DNA of 63,041 bases, the filler included, from Thermodesulfobacteriota bacterium (GTDB taxonomy: Bacteria; DASVDK01): assembly GCA_036381125.1 (NCBI GenBank). It is 6 parts of 6 records of this genome, joined end to end, with 100 filler letters (N's around TTAATTAATTAA, not from the genome) between each part and the next. Parts side by side here need not be neighbours in the genome. Positions count along the whole stretch, not along the records: positions 22,192 to 50,641 come from DASVDK010000050.1; positions 50,742 to 60,613 come from DASVDK010000052.1; 4 more parts are not named here. One strand, written 5' to 3'. The position numbers and the translations under genes were made by a program. Below, piece by piece: positions 48,783 through 60,713 of the stretch. The notes under the pieces were generated by a model. It did not search any database and was not told where the DNA came from. It worked only from the letters and a program-made list of their open reading frames with translations. How positions within the stretch are numbered: the first letter of the stretch is position 1; the number at the start of each line of letters is the position of its first letter.

Positions 48783-50172
48783 TACGGCGTACGACCTGAT
48801 CGTCATCGGTTCGGGGCCCGGCGGCTACGTGGCCGCGATTCGGGCGGCGCAGCTGGGGTTGCGCGTGGCCTGCGTCGAGCGCGACCGGCTCGGCGGCGTC
48901 TGCCTCAACATCGGATGCATCCCGACCAAGGCGCTCCTGCGCAACGCCGAGATCCTCCAGCTCTTCGGCCGCGCGAAGGAGTGGGGGGTCTCGTTCGAGA
49001 ACTTCCGGGCCGACTGGAGCGAGGCGGTCAAGCGGAGCCGGAAGGTCGCCGACAAGATGAACAAGGGGGTGGAGTTCCTCTTCAAGAAGAACAAGGTCGC
49101 CCACGTCCAGGGGACGGGGTCCCTTCTCGGCGGCGGCCGGGTCGAGGTCACGGGCCCGAACGGCGCGAAGCAGACGCTCTCGGCCGCGAAGGGGATCATC
49201 CTCGCCACCGGCTCCCGGCCGCGCGCGATCCCGTTCATGCCGATGGACGGCCAGACGGTCATCTCGTCCACCGAGGCGATGCTGCGCGAGAGCACGCCGA
49301 AGCGCCTGGCGATCGTCGGCGCCGGGGCGGTCGGCGTGGAGTTCGCCGACATCTACGCGGCCTACGGCACGCAGGTCACGCTGATCGAGATGCTCCCCCA
49401 GATCCTGCCGCTCGAGGACGAGGAGATCGCCGCGGTCGTCGCCCGCTCGTTCAGGAAGCGCGGCATGACGCTCCTCACGTCGGCGAAGGTGGAGACGTTC
49501 GAGAAGCGGGGCGGCGTGGCGCGCCTGTCCGTCGCGGTCGACGGCAAGACCGAGACGGTCGAGGCCGAGGCGGTCCTCGTCGCGGTCGGCCGCCAGGCCA
49601 ACGTGGAGGGGATCGGCCTCGAGAAGGCAGGCGTCCAGGTGGAGCGGGGCTTCGTCAAGGTGGACGGCCGCTTCCAGACGACCGCGCAGGGCATCTACGC
49701 CATCGGCGACTGCATCGGCGGGTCGCTCTGGGCCCACAAGGCGATGGCCGAAGGCGTGGCGGTTGCCGAGAGCCTCGCCGGCGGGACGCCCGAGGTGAGC
49801 TACGCCTCCATGGCCGGCTGCACCTACTGCCACCCGCAGGTGGCGTCGGTCGGCCTCACGGAGAAGAAGGCCCGCGAGCAGGGGCTCGACATCAAGGTGG
49901 GCAAGTTCCCCTACACCGCCTCCGGCAAGGCGGCGGCCCTCGGCGAGACCGAGGGGCTCGTCAAGATCGTCTCGGACGCGAAGACCGGGGAGCTGCTCGG
50001 CGTGCACATCGTCGGCGCGGAGGCGACCGAGATGATCGCCGAGGCGTCGCTCGTCCGCTCGCACGAGGCCATCGTCGAGTCGGTGCACCGGACCGTGCAC
50101 GCGCACCCGACCCTGTCGGAGATGATGGGGGAGGCGGCGCTCGCGGCCGAGGGGCACGCGATCCACATCTAG
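48775..50172 (+). CDS. lpdA: Dihydrolipoyl dehydrogenase
   Basis: GSGPGGYVAAIRAAQLG, GGVCLNIGCIPTK and HAHPTLSE. Confidence 0.96.
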   Translation: MADTAYDLIVIGSGPGGYVAAIRAAQLGLRVACVERDRLGGVCLNIGCIPTKALLRNAEILQLFGRAKEWGVSFENFRADWSEAVKRSRKVADKMNKGVEFLFKKNKVAHVQGTGSLLGGGRVEVTGPNGAKQTLSAAKGIILATGSRPRAIPFMPMDGQTVISSTEAMLRESTPKRLAIVGAGAVGVEFADIYAAYGTQVTLIEMLPQILPLEDEEIAAVVARSFRKRGMTLLTSAKVETFEKRGGVARLSVAVDGKTETVEAEAVLVAVGRQANVEGIGLEKAGVQVERGFVKVDGRFQTTAQGIYAIGDCIGGSLWAHKAMAEGVAVAESLAGGTPEVSYASMAGCTYCHPQVASVGLTEKKAREQGLDIKVGKFPYTASGKAAALGETEGLVKIVSDAKTGELLGVHIVGAEATEMIAEASLVRSHEAIVESVHRTVHAHPTLSEMMGEAALAAEGHAIHI

Positions 50173-50187
50173 AAGGAAGCGACACGC

Positions 50188-50641
50188 ATGGGTGCAGAAC
50201 GCCCGATGAACCCCGACGCGCTCGTCTTCGCCGAGGGCCTCTACGCCGAGTTCCTGAGGGACCCGGCGTCGGTCCCGCCCGACTGGCGCCGCTACTTCGA
50301 GCAGCTGGGCGACGGCGCCGCCGAGGCGAGGCTCGGGCCCTCGTTCAAGCCGCGATCGGTGTTCAACGCCGCAGGCAACGGAGCCGAGGGCTCCGTCGCC
50401 TCTCGGGTGGCGCTTGCGCCGAGTCGAGGGTCCGCTGCCAACGGAGCGCCGCTGGCGGCGCCGAAGGTAGTCGCCCTCGAACCGTCGGCCGCGGCGCCCA
50501 ACGCCGTGGACGCGCGCGTCGAGGCGCTCGTGCGCGCCTACCGGGTGCGGGGCCACATGATCGCGCAGATCGACCCGCTCGGCATGCCGCGGCGGATGCC
50601 GCCGGAGCTCGACCCGGCGTTCTTCGGCTTCTCCGAGGCCG
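50188..50641 (+). CDS. sucA: 2-oxoglutarate dehydrogenase E1, N-terminus (partial)
   Basis: LYAEFLRDPASVPPDWRRYF and AYRVRGHMIAQIDPL. Confidence 0.88.
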
Positions 50642-50741
50642 NNNNNNNNNNNNNNNNNNNNNNNNNNNNNNNNNNNNNNNNNNNNTTAATTAATTAANNN
50701 NNNNNNNNNNNNNNNNNNNNNNNNNNNNNNNNNNNNNNNNN

Positions 50742-51615
50742 CGGTCGCGAGGTCCTTGACCGGCTGGTTGACGCCCCGGTGCCCGAACTTGAGCTTGTAG
50801 GTGCGCGCCCCGAGGGCGAGGGCGAGGATCTGGTGGCCGAGACAGATGCCGAAGATCGGCCTCGCCTCGACGAGGCGCCGCACCTCCTCGGCGAGGCCGG
50901 GAACCGCGGCCGGATCGCCCGGGCCGTTGGAGAGGAAGACGCCGTCCGGATCGAGCCGCAGGACCTCGTCCGCGGTCGTCCGCGGCCCCACGACGGTGAC
51001 CCGGCAACCCGCGCGGCGCAGCTGGCACAGGATGCTCCTCTTCAGCCCGAGGTCGTAGGCGACGACGTGCCGCCGGGCCGGCGGGTAGGGCCCCAGCCCG
51101 TCCGGCTCGTCGAACTCGACCGGCGCCTCGGGGCCGAGCCCGGTGACCAGGTCCTGCCCCGACATCCCGGGCAGCGCGCGCGCCCGCGCGACCAGCGCCG
51201 CCGGGTCGTCGGCCGTGGTCGACAGGACGCCGGGCATCGTCCCCACCATCCGGAGCTTCCGGGTGAGCGCCCGCGTGTCGATCCCCTGGATGCCGGGGAC
51301 GCCGTGACGCCGCAGGTAGTCGCCGAACGAGCCCTCGCTGCGCCACGAGGAGGGGCGCTCGGTGTACTCGCGGACGACGAAGCCCTCGAGGTGGACGCGC
51401 GGCCCCTCGGCGTCGAGCGCGTTGACCCCGTAGTTGCCGATGAGGGGGTACGTCATGCAGACGATCTGGCCCCGGTAGGACGGATCGGTCGCGACCTCCT
51501 GGTAGCCGCTCATCGGCGTCGTGAAGACGACCTCGCCCCCCCGCTCGCCGTCCGCGCCGAACGCCTCCCCTTCGTAGACCGTGCCGTCCGCCAGCGCCAG
51601 ATAGGCCTTCGTCAT
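50742..51615 (-). CDS. carA: Carbamoyl-phosphate synthase small subunit (partial)
   Basis: [23 protein letters not shown] and GICLGHQ. Confidence 0.95.
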
Positions 51616-51622
51616 GGGTCGC

Positions 51623-52258
51623 TCACTTCGTCCCGAACTGCCGATCCCCGGCGTCGCCGAGCCCCGGCAGGATGTAGCCGCGCTCGTCGAGCTGCCGGTC
51701 GACGGCCGCGGCGATGATGCGGACGTCCGGATGCGCGCGCTCGACCCGCGCGACCCCCTCGGGCGCCCCGATCACGCAGACGAGGGTGATGTCGCTCGCC
51801 CCCTCCCGCTTGAGGAGGTCGATGGCCGCGACGGCGCTGCCGCCGGTGGCGAGCATCGGGTCGAGCACGAGGCAGCACCGCTCGTGCACGTCGGGCGGCA
51901 GGTTCGCGTAGTACCGGACCGCCTCGAGCGTGTCGTCGTCGCGGTAGATGCCGACGTGCCCCACCCGCGCCGACGGCACGAGCCGCAAGAGCCCCTCCAC
52001 CATCCCGAGGCCGGCCCTGAGGATCGGCACGAGGACCAGCTTCTTGCCGGCCAGGCGCTTCGCCTTCGTCGCCTCGAGCGGGGTGATGATGCCGACCTCC
52101 TCGAGCGGCAGGTCGCGCGTCGCCTCGTAGCCGAGGAGGATGGCGATCTCCTCGAGCGCCTCGCGGAACTTCTTGGTGGAGGTCTCGACGCTTCGGAGGA
52201 CCGTGAGCTTGTGCTGGACCAGCGGGTGCTCGACGAGAACGAGCCGGCCGCGCGTCAT
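51623..52258 (-). CDS. upp: Uracil phosphoribosyltransferase
   Basis: [24 protein letters not shown] and [12 protein letters not shown]. Confidence 0.96.
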   Translation of the reverse strand: MTRGRLVLVEHPLVQHKLTVLRSVETSTKKFREALEEIAILLGYEATRDLPLEEVGIITPLEATKAKRLAGKKLVLVPILRAGLGMVEGLLRLVPSARVGHVGIYRDDDTLEAVRYYANLPPDVHERCCLVLDPMLATGGSAVAAIDLLKREGASDITLVCVIGAPEGVARVERAHPDVRIIAAAVDRQLDERGYILPGLGDAGDRQFGTK

Positions 52259-53541
52259 CTCCCCCTCCCCTGACGCTCGTACACCACCCGCCCCTCGACG
52301 AGCGTCGCCTCCACCCGCCCGGCGAGCCGCCAGCCGCCGAAGGGCGTGTTGCGCGACCGGCTCCTCAGCGCGGCCCGGTCCACGACCCACTCGGCCTCGA
52401 GGTCGACGAGCGCGAGGTCGGCCGGCGCCCCCTCGGCGAGCCGGCCCGCCGGAAGCCCCAGCAGCTCGGCCGGCCGGACCGTGAGGGCCGCCAGCGCCTG
52501 TCGCAGCGTGAGGCGTCCCGCCCGGACGAGCGCGAGCGTGAGCGCGAGCTCGGTCTCGAGCCCCAGGATGCCGTTGGCGGCGCGCACGAACTCGACCCGC
52601 TTGTCGTCCTCGTGGTGGGGCGCGTGGTCGCTCGCGATCAGGTCGATGGTGCCGTCGGCGAGCCCCTCGATCACCGCCTCCCGATCGGCCGCCGACCGGA
52701 GCGGCGGGTTCATCTTGGCGTTCACGTCGTAGCCGCGCACCGCCTCGTCGGTCAACGTGAAGTAGTGCGGCGCCGTCTCGGCCGTCACCCGGACGCCGCG
52801 GCGCTTCGCCTCGCGCACGGCGGCGATCCCGCCGGCCGTGCTGAGGTGGGCGATGTGCAGGCGCGCGCCGGTCAGCTCGGCCAGCGCGATGTCGCGGCGC
52901 ACCATCACCTCCTCGGCCGCCGCCGGCACGCCGGCGAGGCCGAGCTCGGTCGCGACCCCCCCCTCGTTCATGGCCCCGCCCTTCGAGAGCGCCAGATCCT
53001 CGCAGTGCGAGATGACGACGAAGTCGAACGCCCTGGCGTACTCCATGGCGCGCCGCTGCACCTCGCTGTCCATCACCGGCCGCCCGTCGTCCGAGAGCGC
53101 CACGGCCCCCGCCTCGCGCTGGTAGCCGTACTCGGCGATCTCCTGCCCCTCGAGCCGCCTGGTGACCGCGGCGATCGGGTAGACGCGGGCGAGGCCGGCC
53201 GCCGCCGCCTGCTTCCGCATGAACTCGGTGATGGCCGGGTCGTCGTTGGGCGGCACGGTGTTGGCCATGCAGGCGACGCTCGTCACGCCGCCCGCCACGG
53301 CGGCCGCCGTGCCGGTCGCGATGGTCTCCTTGTACTCCTGCCCCGGCTCCCGCAGGTGGACGTGGATGTCGACCAGCCCCGGCACGACGAGGAGCCCCTC
53401 CGCGGGGAGCACGCGGGCGCCGGCCCGCGGCAGGCCGCGGCCGGTGCCCGCGATCCGGCCGTCCTCGACGAGCAGGTCGGCCACCTCGTCACGGCCGGTC
53501 GCCGGATCGAAGAGGCGGCCCCCGGTGATGATCAGCTTCAT
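52255..53541 (-). CDS. pyrC: Dihydroorotase
   Basis: [17 protein letters not shown] and SDHAPH. Confidence 0.95.
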   Translation of the reverse strand: MKLIITGGRLFDPATGRDEVADLLVEDGRIAGTGRGLPRAGARVLPAEGLLVVPGLVDIHVHLREPGQEYKETIATGTAAAVAGGVTSVACMANTVPPNDDPAITEFMRKQAAAAGLARVYPIAAVTRRLEGQEIAEYGYQREAGAVALSDDGRPVMDSEVQRRAMEYARAFDFVVISHCEDLALSKGGAMNEGGVATELGLAGVPAAAEEVMVRRDIALAELTGARLHIAHLSTAGGIAAVREAKRRGVRVTAETAPHYFTLTDEAVRGYDVNAKMNPPLRSAADREAVIEGLADGTIDLIASDHAPHHEDDKRVEFVRAANGILGLETELALTLALVRAGRLTLRQALAALTVRPAELLGLPAGRLAEGAPADLALVDLEAEWVVDRAALRSRSRNTPFGGWRLAGRVEATLVEGRVVYERQGRGR

Positions 53542-54475
53542 GCGGCGGCCTCCCCGCCTCCCGCGAGGGCGAAGAGGATCGCCATGCGGACGGCGACGCC
53601 GTTGGTGACCTGGTCGAGGACGACCGACGCGTCGCCGTCGGCCACGTCGCTCGAGATCTCGACGCCCCGGTTCATGGGGCCCGGGTGCATGACGAGCGCG
53701 TCCGGCGCCGCCAGCTCGAGCTTCTTCCGGTCGAGCCCCCAGAAGCGGCTGTACTCGCGGATCGACGGCACGAACGACCGCGCCATCCGCTCGAGCTGCA
53801 GCCGGAGGACCATGACGACGTCGGCCCCCTCGATCGCGGGCTCGGGCCGGGCGTGGACCCGCGCGCCGAGCGCCGGAAGCCCGGGCGGCAGGAGCGTCGG
53901 CGGCCCCGCCAGATGCACCTCGGCGCCGAGCGTCGTGAGACCGTAGAGGTTCGAGCGCGCCACGCGACTGTGCGCGATGTCGCCGAGGATCGCCACCTTG
54001 AGGCCGGCGATCCGGCCCTTCTTCTCCCGGATCGTCAGCGCGTCGAGGAGCCCCTGCGACGGGTGCTCGTTCGCGCCGTCGCCGGCGTTGACCACCGCGA
54101 TCCGCAGCATCGCCGCGAGCATGTGCGGCGCGCCCGAGGCAGGGTGCCGCATGACGATCACGTCGGGGCGCATCGCCTCGAGGGTGCGCGCGGTGTCGAG
54201 CAGCGTCTCCCCCTTCTGGACGCTCGACGACGAGGCCGAGATGTTGATGGCGTCGGCCGAGAGCCACTTGGCCGCGATCTCGAACGAGGAGCGCGTGCGG
54301 GTCGAGTTCTCGAAGAAGAGGTTCACCACCGTCTTGCCGCGCAGCGCCGGCACCTTCTTGATCGGCCGGCTCGCGATCTCCTTGAACGCGACGGCGGCGT
54401 CGAGGAGCCCGGTGAGGGTCTCGGCGTCGAGCCCCCGCAGCCCCAGCAGGTGACGGAGCCGCACCCGGGGGGCCG

Positions 54476-54479
<4 letters not shown>
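53538..54479 (-). CDS. pyrB: Aspartate carbamoyltransferase catalytic subunit
   Basis: [23 protein letters not shown] and HPGPMNRG. Confidence 0.96.
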
Positions 54480-55202
<723 letters not shown>

Positions 55203-55225
55203 TTCCGGGGGGAAGATGCGCTGGG

Positions 55226-55254
55226 ATTCTACTCCCGCCGGATGGGGAGGTCAA
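55226..55254 (-). promoter_or_regulatory. sigma70 promoter TTGACC-N17-TAGAAT of the pyr operon
   Basis: Lies in the 3' end of the upstream gene; 17-nt spacing. Confidence 0.7.
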
Positions 55255-55633
55255 CCTCGGGGGCGAAGTGCAGGATGACGACCTTGCCGCCGACCAGCTC
55301 GACCGGGACCTCGTACTCCGCCCAGACGGCGATCGTCTGCGCCTCGGTGTCGCGCTCGATGCCGATCATGTCGGGCCCCCAGTCGTCGAAGCCGATGTCG
55401 TGCGCCTTCGCGAGGATGTAGCCGCGCATCTCCTCGTCGGTCACGACGTGGGCGCGGCGCGCCTCGTCGTCGAAGGCGTTCTCGAGCTGGTAGTTGCGGA
55501 TGTAGGGCGGGGCGAACTTGACGGCGCCGTACGTCCCGGCGAGCGCCAGGACGAGCAGGGTCACGGTGAGCCGGTTCAGCCCCGACTGACGGCGGTCGGA
55601 ATGCCCGACTACGCGGCGCGGCATGATCGGCAT
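55229..55633 (-). CDS. DUF4845-like pilin-related membrane protein
   Basis: RRQSG + hydrophobic helix + KFAPPY; located downstream of lepB. Confidence 0.65.
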   Translation of the reverse strand: MPIMPRRVVGHSDRRQSGLNRLTVTLLVLALAGTYGAVKFAPPYIRNYQLENAFDDEARRAHVVTDEEMRGYILAKAHDIGFDDWGPDMIGIERDTEAQTIAVWAEYEVPVELVGGKVVILHFAPEVDLPIRRE

Positions 55634-55722
55634 CACGGTCCGGTCTCCTTCGGGGGGGTGCACCCGCACCGGCGGGCCGCAGCCCCTCGGGCCGGCCCTA
55701 TATCAGCCCCACGCCGCCGGTG

Positions 55723-56433
55723 TCAAGGGATTCCGTCGCCGAGCCGGCCCCACCGGACCCGCTGCCAGATGGGCCCCCGGTCCTCCCAGTCCCAGGACCA
55801 GTAGATGACGAACGCCTTGCCCCGGATGTCCTTCATGGGGACGTAGCCCCAGAAGCGGCTGTCCTGACTCTGGTCGCGGTTGTCCCCCATCATGAAGTAG
55901 TGCTCCGGGGGGACCGTGCAGGGGCCGAACCAGTCGCGGAAGACATCGGAGCCGGGCCGCGGGAACTCGCAGTCCCGGACCGCGGTCATGATGCGGTCGC
56001 CGGGCTCCTCGACGGGCCGCTCGTCCACGTGGATGGCGTGCGCCTCCTGATCGGACGGCTTGCCGTTGACGTAGACCTTCTTGGCGCGGACCTCGATCGT
56101 GTCGCCGGGCACCCCGACGATGCGCTTGATGAAGTCCCGGTTGGGGTCGTCGGGCGGCACGAAGACGACGACGTCGCCGCGCCGCGGGGCGCGCAGGCCG
56201 GGCAGTCGGTAGTCGGTGCCGGGGATCTTGATCCCGTAGATGAACTTGTTCACCAGGATGTGGTCGCCCACGAGGAGCGTCGGCACCATGGAGCGCGACG
56301 GGATCTTGTAGGCCTGCACCACGAAGACCCGCACCACCGCCGCCAGGAGCAAGGCCACGACGACGGCCTCGAGGATCTCCCGGAACTGCGACTTGGCGCG
56401 GACGGCGCTCTGCGGTTCGACGGTGTTGGACAC
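55723..56433 (-). CDS. lepB: Signal peptidase I
   Basis: IPSRSMVPTL, FIKRIVG and MGDNRDQSQDSRFWG. Confidence 0.95.
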   Translation of the reverse strand: MSNTVEPQSAVRAKSQFREILEAVVVALLLAAVVRVFVVQAYKIPSRSMVPTLLVGDHILVNKFIYGIKIPGTDYRLPGLRAPRRGDVVVFVPPDDPNRDFIKRIVGVPGDTIEVRAKKVYVNGKPSDQEAHAIHVDERPVEEPGDRIMTAVRDCEFPRPGSDVFRDWFGPCTVPPEHYFMMGDNRDQSQDSRFWGYVPMKDIRGKAFVIYWSWDWEDRGPIWQRVRWGRLGDGIP

Positions 56434-56437
56434 CTCG

Positions 56438-58243
56438 TCAGCCCTGGACCTTGAGGATGGCAAGGAACGCCTCCTGCGGGATCTCGACGCTGCCGACCTG
56501 CTTCATCCTGCGCTTGCCCTCCTTCTGCTTCTCGAGGAGCTTGCGCTTGCGGGTGATGTCGCCACCGTAGCACTTGGCCGTGACGTTCTTCCGGAGCGCC
56601 CCTTTGGTCTCCCGTGCGATGATCTTGGCGCCGATGGCGGCCTGGATGGCCACCTCGAACTGCTGCCTGGGGATCAGTTCTTTCATCTTCTCGGTCAGCT
56701 CCCGCCCGCGCTGGTAGGCCTTGTCGCGGTGGCTGATGATGGAGAGCGCGTCCACCATCTCGCCGTTCACCAGGATGTCGACCCGCACGAGGTCGCTCTC
56801 CCGGTAGCCGATCGGCTCGTAGTCGAGCGACGCGTAGCCCTTGCTGACGCTCTTCAGGCGGTCGTAGAAGTCGGTGACCACCTCGTTCAGCGGCAGCTCG
56901 TACGTGATCATGACGCGCGTGGCGGAGACGTATTTGATCTCCTTCTGGACCCCCCGCCGCTCCTGGCACAGCCGGAGGACCGCGCCCATGTACTCGCTCG
57001 GCACGTGGATCGTCGCCTGGATGAACGGCTCCTCGATGGACGTCCGGTGCTGCGGGTCGGGCAGCTTCGCGGGGTTGTCCACCTGGATCACCTCGCCCCG
57101 GTTCGTCGTCACGCGGTAGACGACCGTGGGGGCGGTCGTGATGAGGTCGAGGCCGTACTCCCGCTCGAGCCGCTCCTGGACGATCTCCATGTGGAGGAGC
57201 CCGAGGTAGCCGCAGCGGAACCCGAAGCCGAGCGCCGCCGAGGTCTCGGGCTCGAAGGTGAACGAGGAGTCGTTCAGCCTGAGCTTCTCGAGGGCGCTCC
57301 TGAGGTCGTCGTAGTCGGCCGTGTCGGTCGGGTAGAGCCCCGAGAAGACCATCGGCTTGACGATCTTGAACCCCGGCAGCGGCTCGGCCGCCGGACGGGC
57401 CGCGTCGGTCACCGTATCGCCGATCTTCGGGTCGTGTACGTCCTTGATGTTGGCCGTGACCAGGCCGACCTCGCCGGGGCCGAGGGCGTCCACCTCTCGC
57501 GCCGTCGGCGCGAGGATGCCGACCTTCTGCACCTCGAAGGTCTTCCGGCTCGACATGAAGAGGATGCGCTGCCCGCGGCGCAGCGTCCCGTCGACCACGC
57601 GGACCAGGATGACGGCGCCCTGGTAGCTGTCGAACCAGGAGTCGAAGAGGAGGGCTTTCAGCGGCGCCTCCGCGTCGCCCCTGGGCGGCGGGATCTTCCT
57701 CACCACCGCCTCGAGGATCTCGTCGACCCCCGTCCCCTCCTTGGCCGAGGCGAGGATCGCCTCCGAGGCGTCGATGCCGATCGCGTCCTCGATCTCGCGG
57801 CGGACCGCTTCGGGGTCGGCCGACGGCAGGTCGATCTTGTTGAGGACCGGGATGATCTCGAGGTTGTTGTCGATGGCCAGGTAGACGTTCGCGAGGGTCT
57901 GCGCCTCGACGCCCTGCGACGCGTCGACGACCAGGACGGCCCCCTCGCAGGCGGCGAGCGAGCGGCTCACCTCGTAGGAGAAGTCGACGTGGCCCGGCGT
58001 GTCGATCAGGTTCAGCACGTAGGTCTCGCCGTCCTTCGCCCGGTACGTCAGCCGCACCGTCTGGGCCTTGATGGTGATGCCGCGCTCGCGCTCCAGCTCC
58101 ATGTTGTCGAGGAACTGGGCCATCTTCTCGCGGTCGGAGACCGCGCCGGTCCGCTCGAGGATGCGGTCGGCGAGCGTCGACTTGCCGTGGTCGACGTGGG
58201 CGATGATCGAGAAGTTGCGGATGCGCGCGAGCGGCACGCTCAT
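56438..58243 (-). CDS. lepA: Elongation factor 4 LepA
   Basis: [28 protein letters not shown] and [10 protein letters not shown]. Confidence 0.97.
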   Translation of the reverse strand: MSVPLARIRNFSIIAHVDHGKSTLADRILERTGAVSDREKMAQFLDNMELERERGITIKAQTVRLTYRAKDGETYVLNLIDTPGHVDFSYEVSRSLAACEGAVLVVDASQGVEAQTLANVYLAIDNNLEIIPVLNKIDLPSADPEAVRREIEDAIGIDASEAILASAKEGTGVDEILEAVVRKIPPPRGDAEAPLKALLFDSWFDSYQGAVILVRVVDGTLRRGQRILFMSSRKTFEVQKVGILAPTAREVDALGPGEVGLVTANIKDVHDPKIGDTVTDAARPAAEPLPGFKIVKPMVFSGLYPTDTADYDDLRSALEKLRLNDSSFTFEPETSAALGFGFRCGYLGLLHMEIVQERLEREYGLDLITTAPTVVYRVTTNRGEVIQVDNPAKLPDPQHRTSIEEPFIQATIHVPSEYMGAVLRLCQERRGVQKEIKYVSATRVMITYELPLNEVVTDFYDRLKSVSKGYASLDYEPIGYRESDLVRVDILVNGEMVDALSIISHRDKAYQRGRELTEKMKELIPRQQFEVAIQAAIGAKIIARETKGALRKNVTAKCYGGDITRKRKLLEKQKEGKRRMKQVGSVEIPQEAFLAILKVQG

Positions 58244-59586
58244 GCCGTCACCCGTACGCGTCCCGCGGCCGGCTCCACCTTCACCTTCGCGATGCGGCGG
58301 CCGTCGAGGTTGACCACCGTGAACTTGTACCCTTCGTGCGTGACGATCTCGCCTCCCTTGGGGATGCGCTGGAGCATGGCCAGCATGAAGCCGGCCACCG
58401 TCTCGAACTCCGTCGACTCGGGGATGGGCACCCCGTACTGCTCGCGCAGGTCGCGGGCCGAGAGCGAGGCGTCGACCACCAGGGAGCCGTCCGGCTGCCG
58501 CTCCACCGGCCGCTCGTCGACCTCCCGCTCGTCGCGGATCTCGCCGACGATCTCCTCGATGAGGTCCTCGACCGTCGCGAGCCCGCGCGTCGAGCCGAAC
58601 TCGTCGAGCACGACGGCCATCCGCATCCGGCGGCGCCGGAGTTCCTGGAGGAGCTGGCCCACCTTCTTCGTCTCCGGCACGAAGGCGACCGGCCGGACGA
58701 GCGCGCGCAGGTCGATCGGCTCCTTGCGGACGAGGGCCCCCAGGAGGTCCCGGTCGTCCACGTAGCCCAGCACCTGGTCGAGCGTTCGCTCGTAGACCGG
58801 CAGCCTGGAGAAGCCGCTCTCCACGACCGCGTGGAGCACCTCGGCCGGGGCGGCGTCCACGGCGACCGCCTTGATCTTGTGCGCCGGCGTCATGACCTCC
58901 CGGACCGGCGTGTCGCTGAACTCGAACACCGACGTGAGCAGCTCCCGCTCGCGGCGGTCGAGGAGACCCTTCTCCGCCGCGGCGGTGATGAGCATCTTCA
59001 ACTCCTCCTCGGACACCGCGGCGATGTGCTCGGCCGCCTGCCTGAGCCCGAACACCCTGAGGACGAGCCGCGCCGACCCGTTGAGCGCGCGGATGGCGGG
59101 CTCGAACAGACGAAGGAACCACGCTGTCGGCCGGGCCACCCAGAGCGCGGTCGGCTCCGCATGGGTCAGCGCCACGCTCTTCGGCGCCAGCTCTCCGAGG
59201 ACCACGTGCAGGAACGTGATCGTCACGAAGGCGAGCGCGATGGCCGCCGAGTGCGCCGCGGCCGTCCCGAGGCCGAGCGGCAGCCACGCGAGCGCCGGCT
59301 CGATCAGGTGCGCGACCGCCGGCTCGCCGATCCACCCGAGCGCCAGCGACGCCAGGGTGATGCCGAGCTGCGTGGCCGAGATGAAGTCGTCGAGGTGCTC
59401 CAGGGCACGCTTGACGTCGGCCGCGCGGCGATGGCCCGCCCGGGCCAGCTCCTCGATCCGCGTCCGGCGCACCCCGACCAGGGCGAACTCGGTGGCCACG
59501 AAGAACGCGTTCGCCCCGACCAGTACCACCACGGCGGCCAGGCGCCAGACCGTGTCCACGTGGTCAGGTAGCCGGGCCGCGTCCAT
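58240..59586 (-). CDS. Hemolysin-family CNNM/DUF21-CBS-CorC protein
   Basis: [29 protein letters not shown] pair and [11 protein letters not shown]. Confidence 0.92.
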   Translation of the reverse strand: MDAARLPDHVDTVWRLAAVVVLVGANAFFVATEFALVGVRRTRIEELARAGHRRAADVKRALEHLDDFISATQLGITLASLALGWIGEPAVAHLIEPALAWLPLGLGTAAAHSAAIALAFVTITFLHVVLGELAPKSVALTHAEPTALWVARPTAWFLRLFEPAIRALNGSARLVLRVFGLRQAAEHIAAVSEEELKMLITAAAEKGLLDRRERELLTSVFEFSDTPVREVMTPAHKIKAVAVDAAPAEVLHAVVESGFSRLPVYERTLDQVLGYVDDRDLLGALVRKEPIDLRALVRPVAFVPETKKVGQLLQELRRRRMRMAVVLDEFGSTRGLATVEDLIEEIVGEIRDEREVDERPVERQPDGSLVVDASLSARDLREQYGVPIPESTEFETVAGFMLAMLQRIPKGGEIVTHEGYKFTVVNLDGRRIAKVKVEPAAGRVRVTA

Positions 59587-60143
59587 CAGGCATGCGGCCG
59601 GATGTCGGCCCGATCGGCCCCTCGAGGCTCCATGGCCGCCATCGCCCGCCGCTCGGCTCGGCGGTGGCGCCGGGCGCGCCGCTTGACGTGCACGACGCGC
59701 GCGATCCGGACCGTGAGCAGGTAGGAGCCGGCCGCGAAGACCGCGGCGACCACCGTGTTGCCGACCACGTAGATCAGCCCGAGGTGGCCGAAGATGGCGG
59801 CCCAGTTGTTCTCGAAGTCCTTCGCCACCTCGAGGATTCTGGCGCTGTCCGCCTGGAAGATGAAGCCCCCCACCACCGCCGACAGGGTCCAGAACGGGAC
59901 CGTGGTGAACGGGTTCATGATGACGCTGCCGAGGAGCGCCGCCGCCCGGTTCACGTGGAGCCGATGGGCCAGGGCGACCGCCAGGATGAGCCCGAGCCCG
60001 AAGGTCGGGAAGACGCCGAGGAAGACCCCGAGCGCGACGCCGCCGCCGATCTTCTCGGGCGAGTCGTCGATCCGGACGAGCCGTAGGTAGTAGTAGCGGA
60101 GAACCCGGCCGACCCGCCGGCTGAACCCCTGACTCGCTCGCAT
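59586..60143 (-). CDS. DUF2062 membrane protein
   Basis: DSPEKIGGGVALGVFLGVFPTFG and MNPFT. Confidence 0.8.
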   Translation of the reverse strand: MRASQGFSRRVGRVLRYYYLRLVRIDDSPEKIGGGVALGVFLGVFPTFGLGLILAVALAHRLHVNRAAALLGSVIMNPFTTVPFWTLSAVVGGFIFQADSARILEVAKDFENNWAAIFGHLGLIYVVGNTVVAAVFAAGSYLLTVRIARVVHVKRRARRHRRAERRAMAAMEPRGADRADIRPHA

Positions 60144-60178
60144 CGGCCCCCGGGACGCTCCGCCCCTCGCGGTCCGCT

Positions 60179-60300
60179 TACCTGGCTACGCGGTGAAACC
60201 ACCCGACTACGCGGTCGAACTACCTGACTACGCGGTCCAACTAACTACGCGGTCGAACTACCTGGCTACGCGGTCCAACTACCGCGACTACGCGGACGAG
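60179..60300. repeat. Degenerate 21-bp tandem array (6 units, core CTACGCGG)
   Basis: Units start at 60179, 60200, 60221, 60242 (17 bp), 60259 and 60280; consensus TACCTGRCTACGCGGTCSAAC. Confidence 0.9.
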
Positions 60301-60307
60301 ACGCGGG

Positions 60308-60336
60308 AGTGTAGCACGACGGCCCGGATTTTCCAA
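60308..60336 (-). promoter_or_regulatory. sigma70 promoter TTGGAA-N17-TACACT with extended TG
   Basis: Minus strand, immediately upstream of the tandem array. Confidence 0.5.
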
Positions 60337-60349
60337 TCGAGGCGCGCCC

Positions 60350-60613
60350 TTAGCCCTCGCCAACCGATTCGAGCGGCTCTCCGCGGAGCTTGGCACGCAG
60401 GTAGAGGAGCCCGATCCGAGCCAGCGCCGTGATCGGCACGGCCAGCAGGACGCCGAGCACCCCGAACAGGTTCCCGGCCGCCGTCGCGGCCAGGATGACG
60501 ACAGCCGGGTTCAGCTTGAGCTCGCCTCCCTCGATCCTGGGCGACAGGACGAACTGCTCCACCTGCTGGACGCCGACGTACAGCGCGATCACCAGGAGCG
60601 CTCGGCCCGGGTC
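60350..60613 (-). CDS. AI-2E family transporter, C-terminus (partial)
   Basis: VQQVEQFVLSPRI..G..LKLNP..GVLGVLLAVP. Confidence 0.85.
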   Translation of the reverse strand, partial: DPGRALLVIALYVGVQQVEQFVLSPRIEGGELKLNPAVVILAATAAGNLFGVLGVLLAVPITALARIGLLYLRAKLRGEPLESVGEG

Positions 60614-60713
60614 NNNNNNNNNNNNNNNNNNNNNNNNNNNNNNNNNNNNNNNNNNNNTTAATTAATTAANNNNNNNNNNNNNNNNNNNNNNNNNNNNNNN
60701 NNNNNNNNNNNNN

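Noticed and set aside
60179-60300. Possible CRISPR array
   Set aside because: The units are contiguous 17-21-mers without unique spacers, and no cas genes are present.
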